From the human T2T-CHM13v2.0 reference genome, Homo sapiens, in assembly GCF_009914755.1 (NCBI RefSeq), contig NC_060938.1: 64,000 nucleotides of DNA. The stretch is one strand, 5' to 3'. Below are positions 63,671 through 64,000 of the stretch, one piece after another. How positions within the stretch are numbered: the first letter of the stretch is position 1; every line of letters starts with the position of its first letter. The position numbers and the translations under genes were made by a program. The notes beneath the pieces were generated by a model. The model did not search any database, was not told the DNA's origin, and saw only the letters and a list, made by a program, of their open reading frames with translations.

Positions 63671-63703
63671 TTTCCTTTTTTTTTTTTTTTTTTCGTGATA
63701 CAG
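63671..63703 (+). promoter_or_regulatory. Splice acceptor of the OR4K2 coding exon
   Basis: ctgac branch-like motif, long poly-T tract, then gatacAG|gc, 23 nt before the ATG. Confidence 0.75.
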
Positions 63704-63726
63704 GCTTCTGCCTATGAATCAAGACA

Positions 63727-64000
63727 ATGGATGTGGGCAATAAGTCTACCATGTCTGAATTTGTTTTGCTGGGGCTCTCTAATTCCTGGGAACTACAGAT
63801 GTTTTTCTTTATGGTGTTTTCATTGCTTTATGTGGCAACAATGGTGGGTAACAGCCTCATAGTCATCACAGTTATAGTGGACCCTCACCTACACTCTCCT
63901 ATGTATTTCCTGCTTACCAATCTTTCAATCATTGATATGTCTCTTGCTTCTTTCGCCACCCCAAAGATGATTACAGATTACCTAACAGGTCACAAAACCA
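63727..64000 (+). CDS. OR4K2: Olfactory receptor family 4 subfamily K member 2, 5' part cut by window end (absent from the ORF track)
   Basis: Manual translation MDVGNKSTMSEFVLLGLSNSWELQMFFFMVFSLLYVATMVGNSLIVITVIVDPHLHSPMYFLLTNLSIIDMSLASFATPKMITDYLTGHKT; NKS sequon, GN and PMYFLL motifs. Confidence 0.93.
   Translation, partial: MDVGNKSTMSEFVLLGLSNSWELQMFFFMVFSLLYVATMVGNSLIVITVIVDPHLHSPMYFLLTNLSIIDMSLASFATPKMITDYLTGHKT

Overview
Hominid genomic DNA, very likely human: it contains Alu, L1PA and SVA elements and lies in an olfactory-receptor (OR) family-4 cluster. Protein sequences and gene order match my recollection of the 14q11.2 cluster: OR4N2 (+, 14903-15826), an OR4K-type ORF at the position of OR4K6P (+, 34829-35773), OR4K3 (-, 55651-56598/56628) and the 5' part of OR4K2 (+, 63727 to window end). 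The rest is AT-rich intergenic DNA packed with dead transposons: a full-length L1PA, several nested older L1s, about 11 Alus, an SVA and Tigger MITEs, plus simple repeats. Nearly all other listed ORFs are transposon-derived, antisense shadows or random. I found no evidence of a new multi-gene system. The most notable observations are: (1) the two OR4K loci usually treated as pseudogene or segregating pseudogene both have intact ORFs here; (2) a 226-bp self-templated insertion flanked by a 14-bp duplication inside the full-length L1; (3) an unexpectedly well-matched ~350-bp inverted repeat built from old L1MA 3' ends; (4) an unidentified ~370-bp polyadenylated insert within an L1; (5) splice and uORF features at the OR start codons. 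Gene symbols and repeat subfamilies are from recognition, not database search.
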